A stretch of 62,125 nucleotides of DNA, filler included, from Asterionella formosa (taxonomy: Eukaryota), in assembly GCA_002256025.1 (NCBI GenBank). It is 7 parts of 7 records of this genome, joined end to end, with 100 filler letters (N's around TTAATTAATTAA, not from the genome) between each part and the next. Parts side by side here need not be neighbours in the genome. Positions count along the whole stretch, not along the records: positions 17,794 to 26,585 come from NKIB01011611.1; positions 26,686 to 35,475 come from NKIB01011622.1; positions 35,576 to 44,359 come from NKIB01011635.1; 4 more parts are not named here. One strand, 5' to 3'. This document shows, one piece after another, positions 22,247 through 35,577 of this stretch. The notes below the pieces were generated by a model that made no database searches, was not told where the DNA came from, and worked only from the letters and a program-made list of their open reading frames with translations. Each line of letters starts with the position of its first letter. Position 1 is the stretch's first letter. The position numbers and the translations under genes are program-made.

Positions 22247-23995
22247 ATTGAGCTTGAATGTGTCTCCAGAATACATGCCATTCTATTCATGCAGCTAACC
22301 CTCCCTTGCTGTCAACCTGATCCCATCTAGCTATGAATAGTACCCTTATAAGTCTTCCCCGGTTGTGCTTAGTTTTCCAGGGCTCAGTAAAATAGCGTAG
22401 ATTATTGGGGTAGTATATTCCCCATGTCTGATTTCATTATGACATGATGAGAAGCAGCATTCTGCATTAACTCATATTTCATAAGCAAGAGAGGAGTTGT
22501 ATGTGCTTACTTGTTGTTGTCATGTTTGACTTATTCCCACCATGGCTTATCATACTAATTATAATAAACATTTCTTTCTCTTTTGAACTTTGAAGAAAGC
22601 ACTCTATCCTCTTATTCCTCCCTTTCTTAATGCTGACAGCAAATCGCTATCTGCTGGTCAAACCAGTTTGTTGTCTGGTGACGAACAAAGGTATGTCAAT
22701 ATTTTATTGTTGTTTGTGTTTCCAAACAAAAAATTGTGAAAGTCTGCTTCCTCCCATGTCATTTTATTCCTAGTAGTAGAAAGCCACCACTCATTATAAC
22801 AGTTGAACTCGAACACACTATTGCCAACACTAAGTTGTCACTTCCTTTTGAATTTTGGAGCAATGATAATGGTTTCAATGACACTGACTCTGGATCTGGA
22901 TCTGACTCTCTTTTAACTGAAAAATATAAACCAAGCCATCCTCCTCTTCCTGCCAAATACTACCAGCAGCAATAAGAAATCAGCACCAGCACAAAACACC
23001 TACTATCAAGCTGTTTAGCCTCCACCTCTGCCACCACAAGTCATAGTCACTCTAGCACTCACTCCCTGCAAATCGATTTTTTATCAGTTGAAGATCCTCC
23101 AGCAGGCCCAATTTGAAAATTTCTGAAATCTCGTTCAACAACAACAAAATAAATAAATTGACAATTGTAAAATGAAATTTTTACATGAATTTTCAGCTAA
23201 CCCATTTTCTTTTTCACTATTTATGATTCTCCATGTTCTTCATTGTCATGTCCTACCTTTCGTTTTCCATTTCATGCTTTGGTTGCTTAAAAATAATGAC
23301 GGTTTTGTTGACATCTGTTTCAATTATTCTTGTTGTGTAATCTTTTTCATACATATTCCTTCATTTTTGGTGCTCTATGCTGCAAGTTTGATGTAGAGGA
23401 TGGATAACTAAATTTTGTTCCTACATGTATGTAGTATGATTTGTTCCTACACACCACATGTATGTATGAAAATTCGAATCCTCATGTTGCTTCATGGTCC
23501 CTATATAGTCAGCAAAACTAAATTTGACCTGCTGAAAAATTTACTGTCCCCTATATTGCACCTAAAAAAAAATTTCTTTAAGATTCCAAAAGTTTCTCAG
23601 ACCCCCCTGTGGTCGACAAAAAGGACGACAATCATAGCTATTAGGGTTGTGGTAGGGATTAGTGAGCGATATGATATGCCTACATTATAGGAGTAATAGT
23701 GCATATGTAAAAGGCAAGAACAAGAAAACACACAGCAGCATCATATAACAATGACTTTCAGAAAATTCCTATGAATTTCAGGAAATACACTAAGCTAACC
23801 GATGAACCCATTGTCAGCATTGTCTTGTGTATAAAATAGATATTGCTTATATAGAGGGCTTCTTTTAAGGATGTGGATTTAGCAGGCCAATTAAAAGAAT
23901 TGTTGCATCTTCTGAATGGCTGGGTGCATCCTGAAACAACGTTAGGTAGCCACCATAGCTACCAGTAGTACAACATAATTTAGCTAAGCTTAAGA

Positions 23996-24587
23996 AAAAT
24001 TTGTACACAAATAACATACGTTTGAATAAACTTTATGTATGTATTTAAATAATGTTATCAGCCGACCTTGTTGTTGCCATGGTTGAGTTAGTAATTATTG
24101 ATGAACTTGAAATCAAAGTCCATTGCACACCAACCAGTGATGGTTGTGAAATCGTTGTAGTAACTTAATTGTATCTGCAATACCAGGACCATATTTGAGG
24201 TATTGCTGTACAGTTTCAACTCCAGATAGCCCACATTCAAGCTCAAGAGCTTTTGCATGTGAATTGGTTTGTCATGTAGCTAGGTGTGGATTTACCATGC
24301 TGAATACTAAATAGGTCATGTATAAATGAAATCCTGTGCACCTGCACTGCTTATTGTGTTTACTGATTATGCTGATCATGGCAATTATGTTGATAAATCA
24401 AGCAGTGCTGGAGGTTGTAAAATTGTTGAGTAAACCAACAGAATAATACTGAAATGGTTAATGTGATTTTAACAAGGGTTTTAGGCGCAATTTATTTTTT
24501 ACATTATAGCATCAGGGTTTTTGCTAATACAGGGTCTATCTACATGGTCGACATTGTCGCCCCAGAAATTGGACCCAGCCATAGGTA
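23996..24587. repeat. Dispersed repeat (end of a probable DNA transposon), copy 1
   Basis: Colinear with 46857-47443 (shared CTCCAGATAGCCCA, AAGCTCAAGAGCTTTTGCATGTGAA, ATGTGATTTTAACAAGGGTTTT, CCCCAGAAATTG...CATAGGTA). Both copies end at CATAGG-TA. Confidence 0.8.
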
Positions 24588-24604
24588 CATACTACGGTAC
24601 CTGG

Positions 24605-26585
24605 TGTTGAGGGGAACCTTATCGTGAATAAAGGTGAACTACAATATTATGACTATTCTATTGCTGTTCCAAGTACATCGTTGTTAGCACTCACGCATGT
24701 ACCTAATCTGGTGGCTGCGCCGGTATGGTTCGTACGGCGCATGTATGGAGCATCATATGCAGATATTCACACACCCTCACCAACAGATGCAGGCAGAAGA
24801 ACAGGAGCGGGGGTGGAGATGATATCAGCATCGGAAGCCAAGCAGGCATAATAGTTAGGAGGACTAGGGAGGGATGGAGGGCAATGGAGATAGTGCGGGC
24901 GCATCAACATATGATGGGAAGCGGGATGATGTTTAGTGAAATAATCAGCACGATTCAAACTACCTTTTTTCCAGTATACAAGAAATTGGCCTTGGCGAAC
25001 CCGATCGTGTACCCAGTAATAACGCATATCCATAGCTTTGGAACGTTTTTGTCGGACAGTATCATTGGCAATGCCACTGGCAGTGCTATTATCGGTGACA
25101 ATACGGGTAGAAGGTTGGGGATGACCAAGCTCAACAAGAATGGTGCGAATAGCATATGCTCTTTGCCATTGTGGAATAAAGCAGCTAATTCAGCCTCAGC
25201 AGCACTTGATACAACCTCCTTAAGAATTTGGCAGTGGACGTAAATAGCACCGTTAAGAGGAGGGATGGATTTAGTGAGGCTAGGTGGAGACACGGGTTTA
25301 CAGCTGAGAAAGTGAATGCCAGCAGCGCGGGAGCGACCACGTGTTTCAGAGAGATAGGAAGCATCGCTTTCAACATGGAGTACCATGTCACTGGCAGTAA
25401 AGCGAAGTGTGGCCTCAGGATGAGTGGCACAATAATTGAGAAGGTGAGTAATAGCAGTCAAGGTAGCCACAGTGGGGGTTGCTTGTTGTGTAGCCAATGT
25501 ACCAAGGGCTGGCAACATAGTACAATCAATAGCACGGGCATAATACAATAAAGTACCAAGAATCTCTTGCACACGTGTTTTATCATGGAGTTCAAGGACA
25601 GGGGTGACATCAGAAACAACAAATTGCTGGCGAGCGCCATAACTAGGTGCAGTCCAGGCATGGAGGGCATGTTGTGGGTGTGTTGGGGTGGAGTGCGTGA
25701 ATCGTTGTAGAGCACGAACAATGTAACCAGGCATAGTGAGGTCAACTGTGCGATGTTCGTAGTCCCACGTCAGTGTAAGGCCAATGTATTGAGAGCCAGT
25801 CCAATCAGTTGTGAGTCGGTATTTGGTACGTAAAGTGGTGAGGAGACGGTCCACGTCACTACGTTTGGTGTAACGTACACCAAAATCATCAACAACAAGC
25901 GTAAACATGAGATCACTGGTGGTATCCATCCATAGGCCAGGGGTGACTGGGCAGGGGAGGTAATGATGTGGTAGCAAGAACTGAGCAAGTTGATCATTGG
26001 CAAGTTTACCAGCTTGAGGCAGCCCATACATGCCACAACGGATTTCGGCATAGATGTGCCCATCAATGATTTTTGGAGCTAGGTTGTAGAGGGTTTGAAT
26101 GTGTGGGGGAATCATCCATACAGGGATGCGCACGTATTCATACTCGGCAGGTGCAAGATGACTTTCCAGATAAATATCAGATAAATCCAGAGTCATGAAG
26201 CGGCCACCGGGGGTACTGATGGTGCTGTTGAACAAACATTTTGCAGTAGTGAGATCAGCAGTCTTGGTGCTGTCATTGCCAGTGTAAATGACACGATCAC
26301 CCCCAGCAGTCCAACGAACGCATTGGGGAATGGTTTTTTCAGGGCGATCGGCACACACAATGCGGATGTAAGTGGCGCGTTTGTGTGAGGGCATTTCATG
26401 CTTATGAATGAAAAAACAGCAATTAGTACCCGTTGGCATGTCAGAATGGGGTCCCAAACCCTGAAATAACCGGCCAATTTCTAAGCCGTTGGCAGTGGCC
26501 CACAGGGGAGCAGTGCTGCAAGTCAATAATTCTCGATAGCCAGCAATTTTGCCATTGTCAGGGTTGATAGCGGTGCCATGGAAAC
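24605..26585 (-). mobile_element. Ty1/copia retrotransposon 3' half: RT + RNase H + PPT + 3' LTR (24605-24771); frameshifted
   Basis: RT: MYGLPQAG, LVVDDFGV. RNase H: SDASYLSE, SSAAEAELAALF, then a 1-bp deletion near 25159, continuing DNSTASGIAN...DMRYYWVHDRV...NRADYFTKHH. PPT GAGGGTG precedes an LTR ending CTCAACA. Confidence 0.95.
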
Positions 26586-28211
26586 NNNNNNNNNNNNNNN
26601 NNNNNNNNNNNNNNNNNNNNNNNNNNNNNTTAATTAATTAANNNNNNNNNNNNNNNNNNNNNNNNNNNNNNNNNNNNNNNNNNNNTAGCTGGTAGTCTAG
26701 TACCTGGTACCATCAGCAAGTACCGTACACACCGGTAGTTACAAAAAAGCAACGAAAAAAGGGAGGAATGACTGCATGGACAATGGTTTGATTCACCTTG
26801 TGCTGGCTTGAGGGTCATACTTGCAGCCACCACCGTACCGTAGTACCACCAGGACTTGACGCAACAGGGACCAACCATTTTCTCAACTACCGGTATAGAT
26901 TTATCCTTGTAGACAAGGTGCAAAGTGGAGTACCACACATAACTTCAATATAAGCAGTAGACTTAGTTTAGTCCACCTGCCTCACAAGAAGCAAAACGAC
27001 ATTTTTCTATAGTGATTCCATCTGCGGATAGAGATTATCTGCTACTAGATACAAAAGGCGTAAGGACAACCATGTTCGAGGTGGTTGCAGTCATTTGTTG
27101 ACAAACAGGTGAGAGGACTGGCCATTTTCTAACAGCCAGTCACCAAACAAGCAAGAAAATTCAACAACAAAATGCATACCCGGTAGTCTTGGTTGAGCAA
27201 CAGCACAACGACTGCAATCGGTAGCTAGTACTGATTGATAGACTGAGTCAATTGTTGTTAATACATACAGAGCAACTGAGGAAGCAAGCAACAAGACATG
27301 GTTGGTTCAGCTCCACCAGCAGTCCGAACAATATTTCATACTAGTAGGCAATAAAGTTATATTCAGTGGTCATTTTGTTATGAGTCATGAGGTACGACTA
27401 GCTATGTTCTGAGTACCATCTAGCTTGTAAATAGGCGACAATAGAAAAACTAGAAACGCCCACTTCAATCAGCCATGTAGCTGGACAATGACATCAACAT
27501 CTATTCTACAAACTACTACTGGCAGTATCTATAGGAGTAAACTATAAGTACTATTAACGCAGCAGGTCTAGTCTTGAAAAATACATTTGTGCAACCCAGA
27601 GACCCAAGCTGGCTTGGACCATTGCTTGTGGCTGATACAATTTCGTCGTTGTGCAACGACGCCGCATCGCTCCTCCTATTTAACATATCATGGTGCTGGT
27701 GTTTCCATGAGCATGTCGTCCATACCACCCAGCTGGAGCGTAACTTTTATCACTGGCAGCACTTACAACCGTAGGAATTTGAGGACTGGGGAGAATGAAT
27801 CCAATGCACAGTCTGTGTAGGATGCGACAGATGCTAGTACTATAGGTATTGTAATGATTGTTGACCTATAGAATTACTAGCAGATGAAGTACAAAAGTTG
27901 AGTTTCTTCGATAGGGGTTGCATCTGTCCAGAGGTAGGAATCTAATTGAAAAGGAAAAGGATCACAAGCGAAGCAATACCAAAGTGGTTGACAACGTTTT
28001 TGCTTTGACGTTTACACGTTTCTCAAGAGCATTCTATTAGTCATATTCTTGTGTGTTTAGTAGCTCTGTCACATTCAATGTATTATTTTAGTTGGCGCAA
28101 TAGCATATCTTTTTTCCATAATACATGAGATTTTAATGAATCTAAACAAGAAACTCCTGCATTTCATCCACCGAAAAATACCAACAACCGGCCCTTTCAT
28201 GACTATTCAAC

Positions 28212-29278
28212 CTACATCCCAATATCAGGAAGACTCAACCCCTGAGAATCCGCTGCAACTTTCTTGGCCAACTCTTGACTTAATGCCAATCCAGCTTCCT
28301 TTGCATTAATAATATCTTCTGGTCTTGGAATGAAACCTTTTGCCATCATGACTTCTCGTACCAATGAATCTGTTGTAATGATTAAAAATCCAGTTGTAAA
28401 TGCCACAATAACCAAAACCACCACACGAGAGAATGTGGAAAACAAATCAGGAAATGTCGTTTGGCCAAATTCAAAAGTCATTTGTTCTTGAAATGGTTTA
28501 AATCCTAATGGATCCGCAGATTCCATTTCTTCCTGTGTCATTTCATCTTCAGGATCATAATTAATAGATAGTATTTTAGAGGATCCATCGGATATTTTAG
28601 ACAAGTCCAATCTACTACCACCACCACCACCACTACCACTGCGCATGGCAGCTCGTGCTGCTGCTTCTGCCAAGAATTCTTTACTCACTTGAGATTCTTC
28701 CAATCCTAATGATCCAGTTCGTGCTCGAATGGCATCACGTACTTTTTCTTGAGAGTTGTATTCAGACTTTGTATGTGTGTGTGTGTGCATTTGTAGAATA
28801 ATGATGAAATAATAATGAGAGTGAAAAATATAGAGGGGAAAGAAAACCAACAGAATGAGTACGGTAGGTGAGTTTTGATAGAATAATATCCAAATGTTGG
28901 ACCACGAAATGTAACTATAGGATACCAAACACATATCATGATGACTAAATGTATACACATAAAACAACTTACACCTGGAACAATATCATCATATCCACCC
29001 ATGGCTTCCAATTCTTTGGCTTCGGCTTCAGCAATCATCCCTTTTGTTGCATCATCATAGGATGTCACCACTGGTTCATTGTTTGTCGTACTACTCGTAG
29101 TTTCATCATCCCATTGATCTGACATTTTACAAATAGTAGTAGTAGCAGTAGTAGTCACAGCAGAACGACGATGAATGTTGTTGACATGATGGGAACTTAT
29201 AGTAAATGCTGAAATGGTTGGAGGTGCAGTTGCAAGGAGCAAGATCAATAATACTGTGAATCGGAGCGTCATTATCAT
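28212..29278 (-). CDS. secE: Plastid-targeted SecE-like translocase subunit, 2 exons (29278-28973, 28766-28212; ~286 aa)
   Basis: Signal peptide ending TISAF plus transit peptide. A GTAAGT...AAG intron joins in frame. C-terminal EFGQTTFPDLFSTFSRVVVLVIVAFTTGFLIITTDSLV resembles the SecE ExxxVxWP + TM + D pattern. Confidence 0.65.
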
Positions 29279-30168
29279 TTATAAATCGTAAAGCAACAGT
29301 GCTGAGGATGTCCAAGTAGTGGAATGGAACGTGAGAGTGAAAGCTGTAGTCGTCGAACGAATGAGGCGACGACTTTGTGCTTTCGCTTGATGGATGGATT
29401 ATGATTTAGATTGAAACTATACGACAGATACATTGTAAATTATTTTCGACACCTCGAGATGATTGCCTATATGATACATGCCGGTAGCCAAGTTACGGCA
29501 TCAAAGGTACAGTATGTAGTATGTAGCAAGTGCTCCGACCTGCATCACCAAATGATGATGGTATGGATGATGCACACATCCACAAATAGAATACCGTTAC
29601 CAGACTCTACCGTACTAGAGGAGGTACCTGGTACCGGTAAATAAAATAATACCGGGACCACCACTCCAATTTAATGTGCGGCTGTGGAAGATGGCTCTTC
29701 AACTTCGCTTGCTTCATTTATATATCTATTCTATGTATTGTTTTATTATTGAAGAAACGCTGCATGCCGGTATTTACCGGTACTAGATTATCGCAATCTG
29801 TTATGCAAACGTATAAAATACAAGTAAGCAAAGGTAATCCTTGTTTTACACAGCGGGTAGTTTTGCTTTTTATGCGCAATCTATACCACCAATAGTAGGA
29901 TGGATACCGGGTACCTGGTACCAATGGAGGAACTACTGTTAGCACCACGGTACCACTCCCTGTTCGTTGCCCACTGACGTACGAAAGATAACCTTACATT
30001 ACGGACGTGCCGATACACATTTACTTTATTTATAGGCGGTGGTGATTTCTTTATGTTTGTTTTGTACACAATACATCTATGGAACAACGGTCCGGTATCA
30101 GAGGGCGGTAAAAGACGGTTTCACTATGAGGGAAAAATGCTAAACTTCTCATAGCCGCAACTTGCGAA

Positions 30169-30276
30169 GTACCAGGTACCAGGTACCTGGTACCGGTGTG
30201 TGTGGTCTCATCCCCTATGCCACAGTAAAAAAGTACCAGGTATCCTGGTACTGTCTGTACCCGGTACCTGGTACCA
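30169..30276. repeat. GGTACC(A/T) heptamer tandem cluster; similar clusters at ~7530-7564, ~51922-51943, ~53221-53243 and ~61886-61932
   Basis: Directly visible runs such as GTACCAGGTACCAGGTACCTGGTACCGG. Confidence 0.85.
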
Positions 30277-30510
30277 GAAAACAACTCGACAGGCCACGCA
30301 CGACCTGGTACTGATACTTAGTAGTAACAAATTGTACATACGTACATACGGTTCTACGACGAATCGCTCCCCCACCTCCCGACCGCTGATCTTCTTCCAG
30401 TCGTCAGACCCTCCCTTCGTTCATGATGGCTCACCTCTACTTATGTACTCTCAGTACCAGAACGTCAAATCGCTCTGTTTTCTTTTATTACTCAATCAAT
30501 CAGCACGACA

Positions 30511-31911
30511 ATGAAGGTCTCTCTTGGTGCCGTGGTGGCCTTGGTTGGCTCCGCTTCGGCCTTTCAACCTACCTTTGTTGGTCGAGTGACGAATGTGTAA
30601 GTTGATCATTGTGTTGCATTGCATTGAATAGACTGATGGGAGCGAGGGTGAGGCGCACAGTTCATTCGTCATGACGACCTGATCCATCCGCCTGTCCGCT
30701 CGTCCGTCCCGCCTCATTTTTTATGTTTCTAAATTATTATTTAATTTGAATGCTCACAACAAAATGATGTATGATTTTTCAGCAAACTAGCATCGACGGC
30801 TGCTCCAGAAGCCCCTGCTGCTCCCCAAATGTCTCGCTTTGAACGCCTCAAGAAGAATTGGAAGGGCCCTCAGCTTGTCAAGTCTGACGCTGGCTTGGAG
30901 TTTTCCTACGCTGACTTTTCTGCTGCCGTCGCGGAAACGAACTACTCCTTCAACAGATTCGATGTCGTCTCGGGTGTATGCGTGGAGTACGACCAAAAGG
31001 GAGTCATTGTGGACATTGGCGCCAAGGCTTCCGCGTATCTACCAGTCGCTGAAGCTGCACTCATTCAAGAATCCACGGATTCCATTTCGGACTTGGTGCA
31101 ATTGGATGTGCCTTTGGAATTTCAAATCATATCGGAAGAAGACGAAAACGGACAGTTGCTGGTCAGTATCCGTCGCATCCAATACCGCAAAGCGTGGGAG
31201 ACAGTATTGGCCGTGCAAGACTCGGATGAAGTTTTCATGGCCCCCGTGATCGCGGTCAATAGAGGTGGAGCCATTTGTTTGGTGCATGGGCTACGAGCCT
31301 TCTTGCCAGGATCGCACTTGTCGGGCATGCTGGCGACGGATGATATGATTGGAATGGAACTTCCTCTCAAATTCCTAGAAGTCAATCAAGAAGCAAACAA
31401 GTTGGTGGTGTCCAATCGCAAGGCGATTGTGGAACAACAAATGTCGGACTTGTCGCGTGGAGACATTGTCCAGGGAATGGTCAAGGCGCTCAAGCCATAT
31501 GGAGCCTTTGTGGAAGTTGGAGGCATGTCGGGTCTTTTGCACATTTCGCAGATATCCTATGATCGGATCGATGACCTTGAAAAGGTCCTACAGCCTGGTA
31601 TGTTGGTCAAGTGTATGATTATTGACCACGACAAGGTCAATGGACGTATTGCCTTGTCGACCAAGACATTGGAGCCTGAACCTGGAGATATGCTCAAGGA
31701 CCCATCCATGGTCTTTGCCAAGGCAGATGAGACGGCACGTAAATATCATGAACGAATGGAGGCAGAGCGCAAGGCTCGTGAAGAAGCTGCCCGTGATATT
31801 GTCATGGGATTGGGAGATTCCTTGGATGATTTAGCTAGGGTTGGTAGTGGAGGCATGGATGTTGATCCACTGGCCGATGTCAGTGATTCGCTTGATTCAC
31901 TTCTCTCTTAA
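30511..31911 (+). CDS. rps1: Nucleus-encoded plastid 30S ribosomal protein S1, 2 exons (30511-30596, 30783-31911; ~404 aa)
   Basis: Presequence MKVSLGAVVALVGSASAFQP. Phase-2 GTAAGT...CAG intron. Three S1 domains (VDIGAKASAYLP, GLRAFLPGSHL, KPYGAFVEVGGMSGLLHISQIS). Confidence 0.95.
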
Positions 31912-34900
31912 AAAGCTGTTAAGTTGTACTGTGGATGACATTTCTATACATTACATGTATTTTGTTTTCTCATGGATAAATTTCATGCTTGTAGTAGTTT
32001 GCTTGCTTGCAATAGTTGGAAACTATCATGGATATAGCTGTGGGGGTAGTGGGATGGAATGCATAAACACAAACCCAAGTTGGATGGAATCACTGAAAAG
32101 TTTACCACAGTAGATAATCTTGTTGAAAGTAATCAAGATAACAAGAACAAAAAAACATTGTGATGCTGTTTCTCCAGTCGGCCTACTTTTAACTAGTATA
32201 TTAAATAGTAATCCCTCCGTCCAATAACAGTCACATCAATTTTCCGAACCCCTACATAGTGCTGAGCAGCTTATTTTAGGATGGATTACGTGGACAACAT
32301 ACCATTTTTCTGCCTGAGGGTCGGCTTACTCGAAAAGATGCGTTCTTTATGAGTTACACAGTAGACCTGAACATAAACTCTGTTTCTATAATTAAATAAA
32401 TAGCATTATAATAAACTAATCAAAGCCAATATACCATGATTCAAAATATATTCATTGTGTGCATATACATTTCACCAAATGCTGTTTTACATCAGCTGGC
32501 CACTCAAATATTTGTGGGAAATTGAATAAGAAAAATCTATATCATAATTTATGCTGTCAATAGAAAAACAATCGTTTCATATACTTTCTACGATTGGTAC
32601 ATTTACATGGACCATATGGCCAGTTATTTAATGGTTCCAATCCTCTAAATGAGCGTACCATCATTTTCTTCTTTCTTCCCATCATCGCCACTTTCATGGT
32701 TGGTGCATAATCGATAATGGAAGACAAGTTACCGTTGTTCTTCTTTTATATCCTAGCTACTTCATATGTATGTTGAGAATCGATGGATTGAAGAAAAAAC
32801 GGTTAGGGTTCCTCATGCATTTGCATTTCACTTGAGATGGGCAAAAGTGAAAATGGAAAAAGCACGAAACTTTTCTTGGCAGATGTATCAAAATGTTTTG
32901 ATTTGGCAGATAAAGTAAACTTACTAGAATCGAGTGCATAATATCAGGTTCTTTCCGGACCATAAGGCCGATGTCAGCCTCTCATTGAGGCTCAAGAGTA
33001 TGGAAATCTTAATGTCGCATTCCTTAACCTTTAGATACATTAATTGATTGTACTTTTTCTCTTGAATAAAACAAAGGCTATATATATATATGGTAACGAA
33101 GAGGAATTAAACTTTTAACTACTTACATTTAGTTGTTTACTATTCACAACATGAAAATTTTCACAAACAAAGATCTGTCTGGACTAGAAGGACTCAATAA
33201 TGCGTCCATGGAATTAGTGCAAACATCACCAATCAAAACAAAAAACATCCATAGAGTATACACAATATGTCCAACAAAGCTTCTTCATTTTCCAGTCTAC
33301 ACATATATTTTGTATTTTGGGGGTAAGAACTGCTGTCAGCATCCAACGCCTCTGTCCAAAAATTTTGTGTGTCTTTGGGCAGACCAAAAACTCTTTTTGA
33401 TCAGAATTTTGGTCAACATTGATGATCTTCTTTTGTAATTTTTCTTCTTCTTTTTGTTGTAAGGATTACATACCAACAATGCCTTGGCAAAAAGATTGCG
33501 AGAAAAGAGCATGTGGTCATATGCCAGCATGTCATTTAATAACCCAAAATGAAATACTCTATAACTCCATAGAAATATGAATCTCGACGATTAGTGCTAT
33601 GTACATGAAAGTCAGCACAAAATTATACAAGGGATTTTCTGGAATTTTGAGCTGTTACACCCTGTACTATCATTCAAGTTTTCTCATCCATTCTAATAAA
33701 TATCTAGTAAAAGTTATCAATGAGCAACCATGGACTGAACGATATCTCTATTTGTTTAAATCTTCAAAACTGAGAAAATGAAAATGAAAACAAATTCCAG
33801 CAGCAATTTCAATTTTTGTTGTCAATATCAGTGCAAATATTTTCATCATTAAATGATTACTTGGTTTATGTTAGGCTAGATTCATGAAAATAATAGCAAC
33901 AATAGTTCATTGTCAAATTTCGATGAGACATTCCTGACAATAAGTTCCTTTGTCATGGTCACAACAGAAGTTTTGAAGAGATCGACCTACATACAATATA
34001 AGAATCAAGGCAGTACAAAATCAAAATTACTTACTGGTATGTCTGCCTGCTAAACAAATAAAAGATATACCGAAGTAGATATCAGTATAATGAACTAGTA
34101 GCTGTTGTATGTATGGATATGAAAGTGTTGAGATGCACTACCGGCACATGCATGATGTATTTATTAAAATACTGCCTACTGGTATAGGGGAGCTGTGCCT
34201 CCCCATCATCCTCAGATAATAGGGATGACATCCATGTGTTGAGGAGTGTCTTAGGATAGTAACAGCATATGCATAAGTCTATTTATAAACTTAGAAACTT
34301 AATACCATGCATACTGCCAGAAACCCTACAGTTCTGCAGATGTTGATGGTCTTTTCAGAAATGAAATATTCGATGAATTGAACAAGGGGCAATGGATTGA
34401 AAATACAGACTGAATTCAGCCTAGTCGGAAAGAATCTGACATCTGGTAATATTACCGGTACATCAGGCCTATGTTGTGCGTGTATGAATGTAATGGTAAT
34501 TGAAATTACAATGTGGACTACGGTACTTAGAGTTACAGGTAACAAAAACCATCAGGCATTTCAAATCCGCTACTGTGGTGGGAAAGCAAATATCGTCATT
34601 TCGTCACATGCTGGTTGGTAACACATTTTTCCGTCCAGTTCATGTGAAGCGAAGCAAGGGTTCAGGAGGTGGGGCTTATCTAGCTCCAACCTTCCGCCTG
34701 TTTTTCCTTCCACCTGGCTTCGCCTGAAGATTGACAACTTCAACAAGGCTCATGACCTGACAAAATCTCCCAAAGCTACAAATGGCGTCCCCATCATTGT
34801 CATGAATGTCACAAAAGCGAACAAAATGGTGATGTCATCCAATATCATCGTCTTTTGTACGCAAAGCAAGAAAATGATGACGAAAATATTTCATATTTCA

Positions 34901-35074
34901 TATACCGGTATATGAATAATTAAATCAACTTGAGGTAGGAGTACCCGGTACTGATCCATTAATCATAACATTCGATTTTTGCAACTAAACTGTGTTTTTG
35001 AACCCTTGATCCAAGAGCAACATCCAGAAACGATTGTAATCACAACCACAGCCACAGCCACAGCCACAGACGCC

Positions 35075-35475
35075 ATGAAGTTCACACTTACAACCTTGAC
35101 CTGCCTATTATTGGCAAGCACTTCTGTTGCTGCATTTGCTCCAGTACCATTGTCCTCCCCCACGTCGAGACTCTTTCAATCAGCAGTCGAGTCATCTAGC
35201 GCTGCTGCTCAAGCGTCATCGCCTCCTCCCACAACTCAGGATCCTCTGTTGATCCGAGCAGCTCGTGGTGAGCAGACGGAACGAACACCAGTTTGGATGA
35301 TGCGTCAAGCTGGTCGGCACATTAAGGAATATAGAGACCTATGCGCCAAGTATCCAACCTTTCGTATGCGATCGGAAATCCCAGAAGTGGCGGTCGAAGT
35401 TTCCCTGCAGCCATGGAGGAACTACAAGACAGACGGATGCATCTTGTTTAGTGATATTTTGACGCCATTGCCAGG
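35075..35475 (+). CDS. hemE: Plastid-targeted uroporphyrinogen decarboxylase, N-terminal part (3'-truncated)
   Basis: VAAFAP presequence. [32 protein letters not shown] and [14 protein letters not shown] motifs. Confidence 0.97.
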
Positions 35476-35577
35476 NNNNNNNNNNNNNNNNNNNNNNNNN
35501 NNNNNNNNNNNNNNNNNNNTTAATTAATTAANNNNNNNNNNNNNNNNNNNNNNNNNNNNNNNNNNNNNNNNNNNNAA

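Noticed and set aside
22296..23650. Possible piggyBac relic (TAACCCT...AGGGTT ends)
   Set aside because: No convincing TIR match beyond a few bases, no intact TTAA pair and no transposase remnant recognised.
24725..25551. + strand ORFs of 172 and 107 aa
   Set aside because: Antisense to the copia RNase H.
32207..32240. Stowaway/mariner-like terminus (TCCCTCCGTCC)
   Set aside because: No matching opposite terminus found in the contig.
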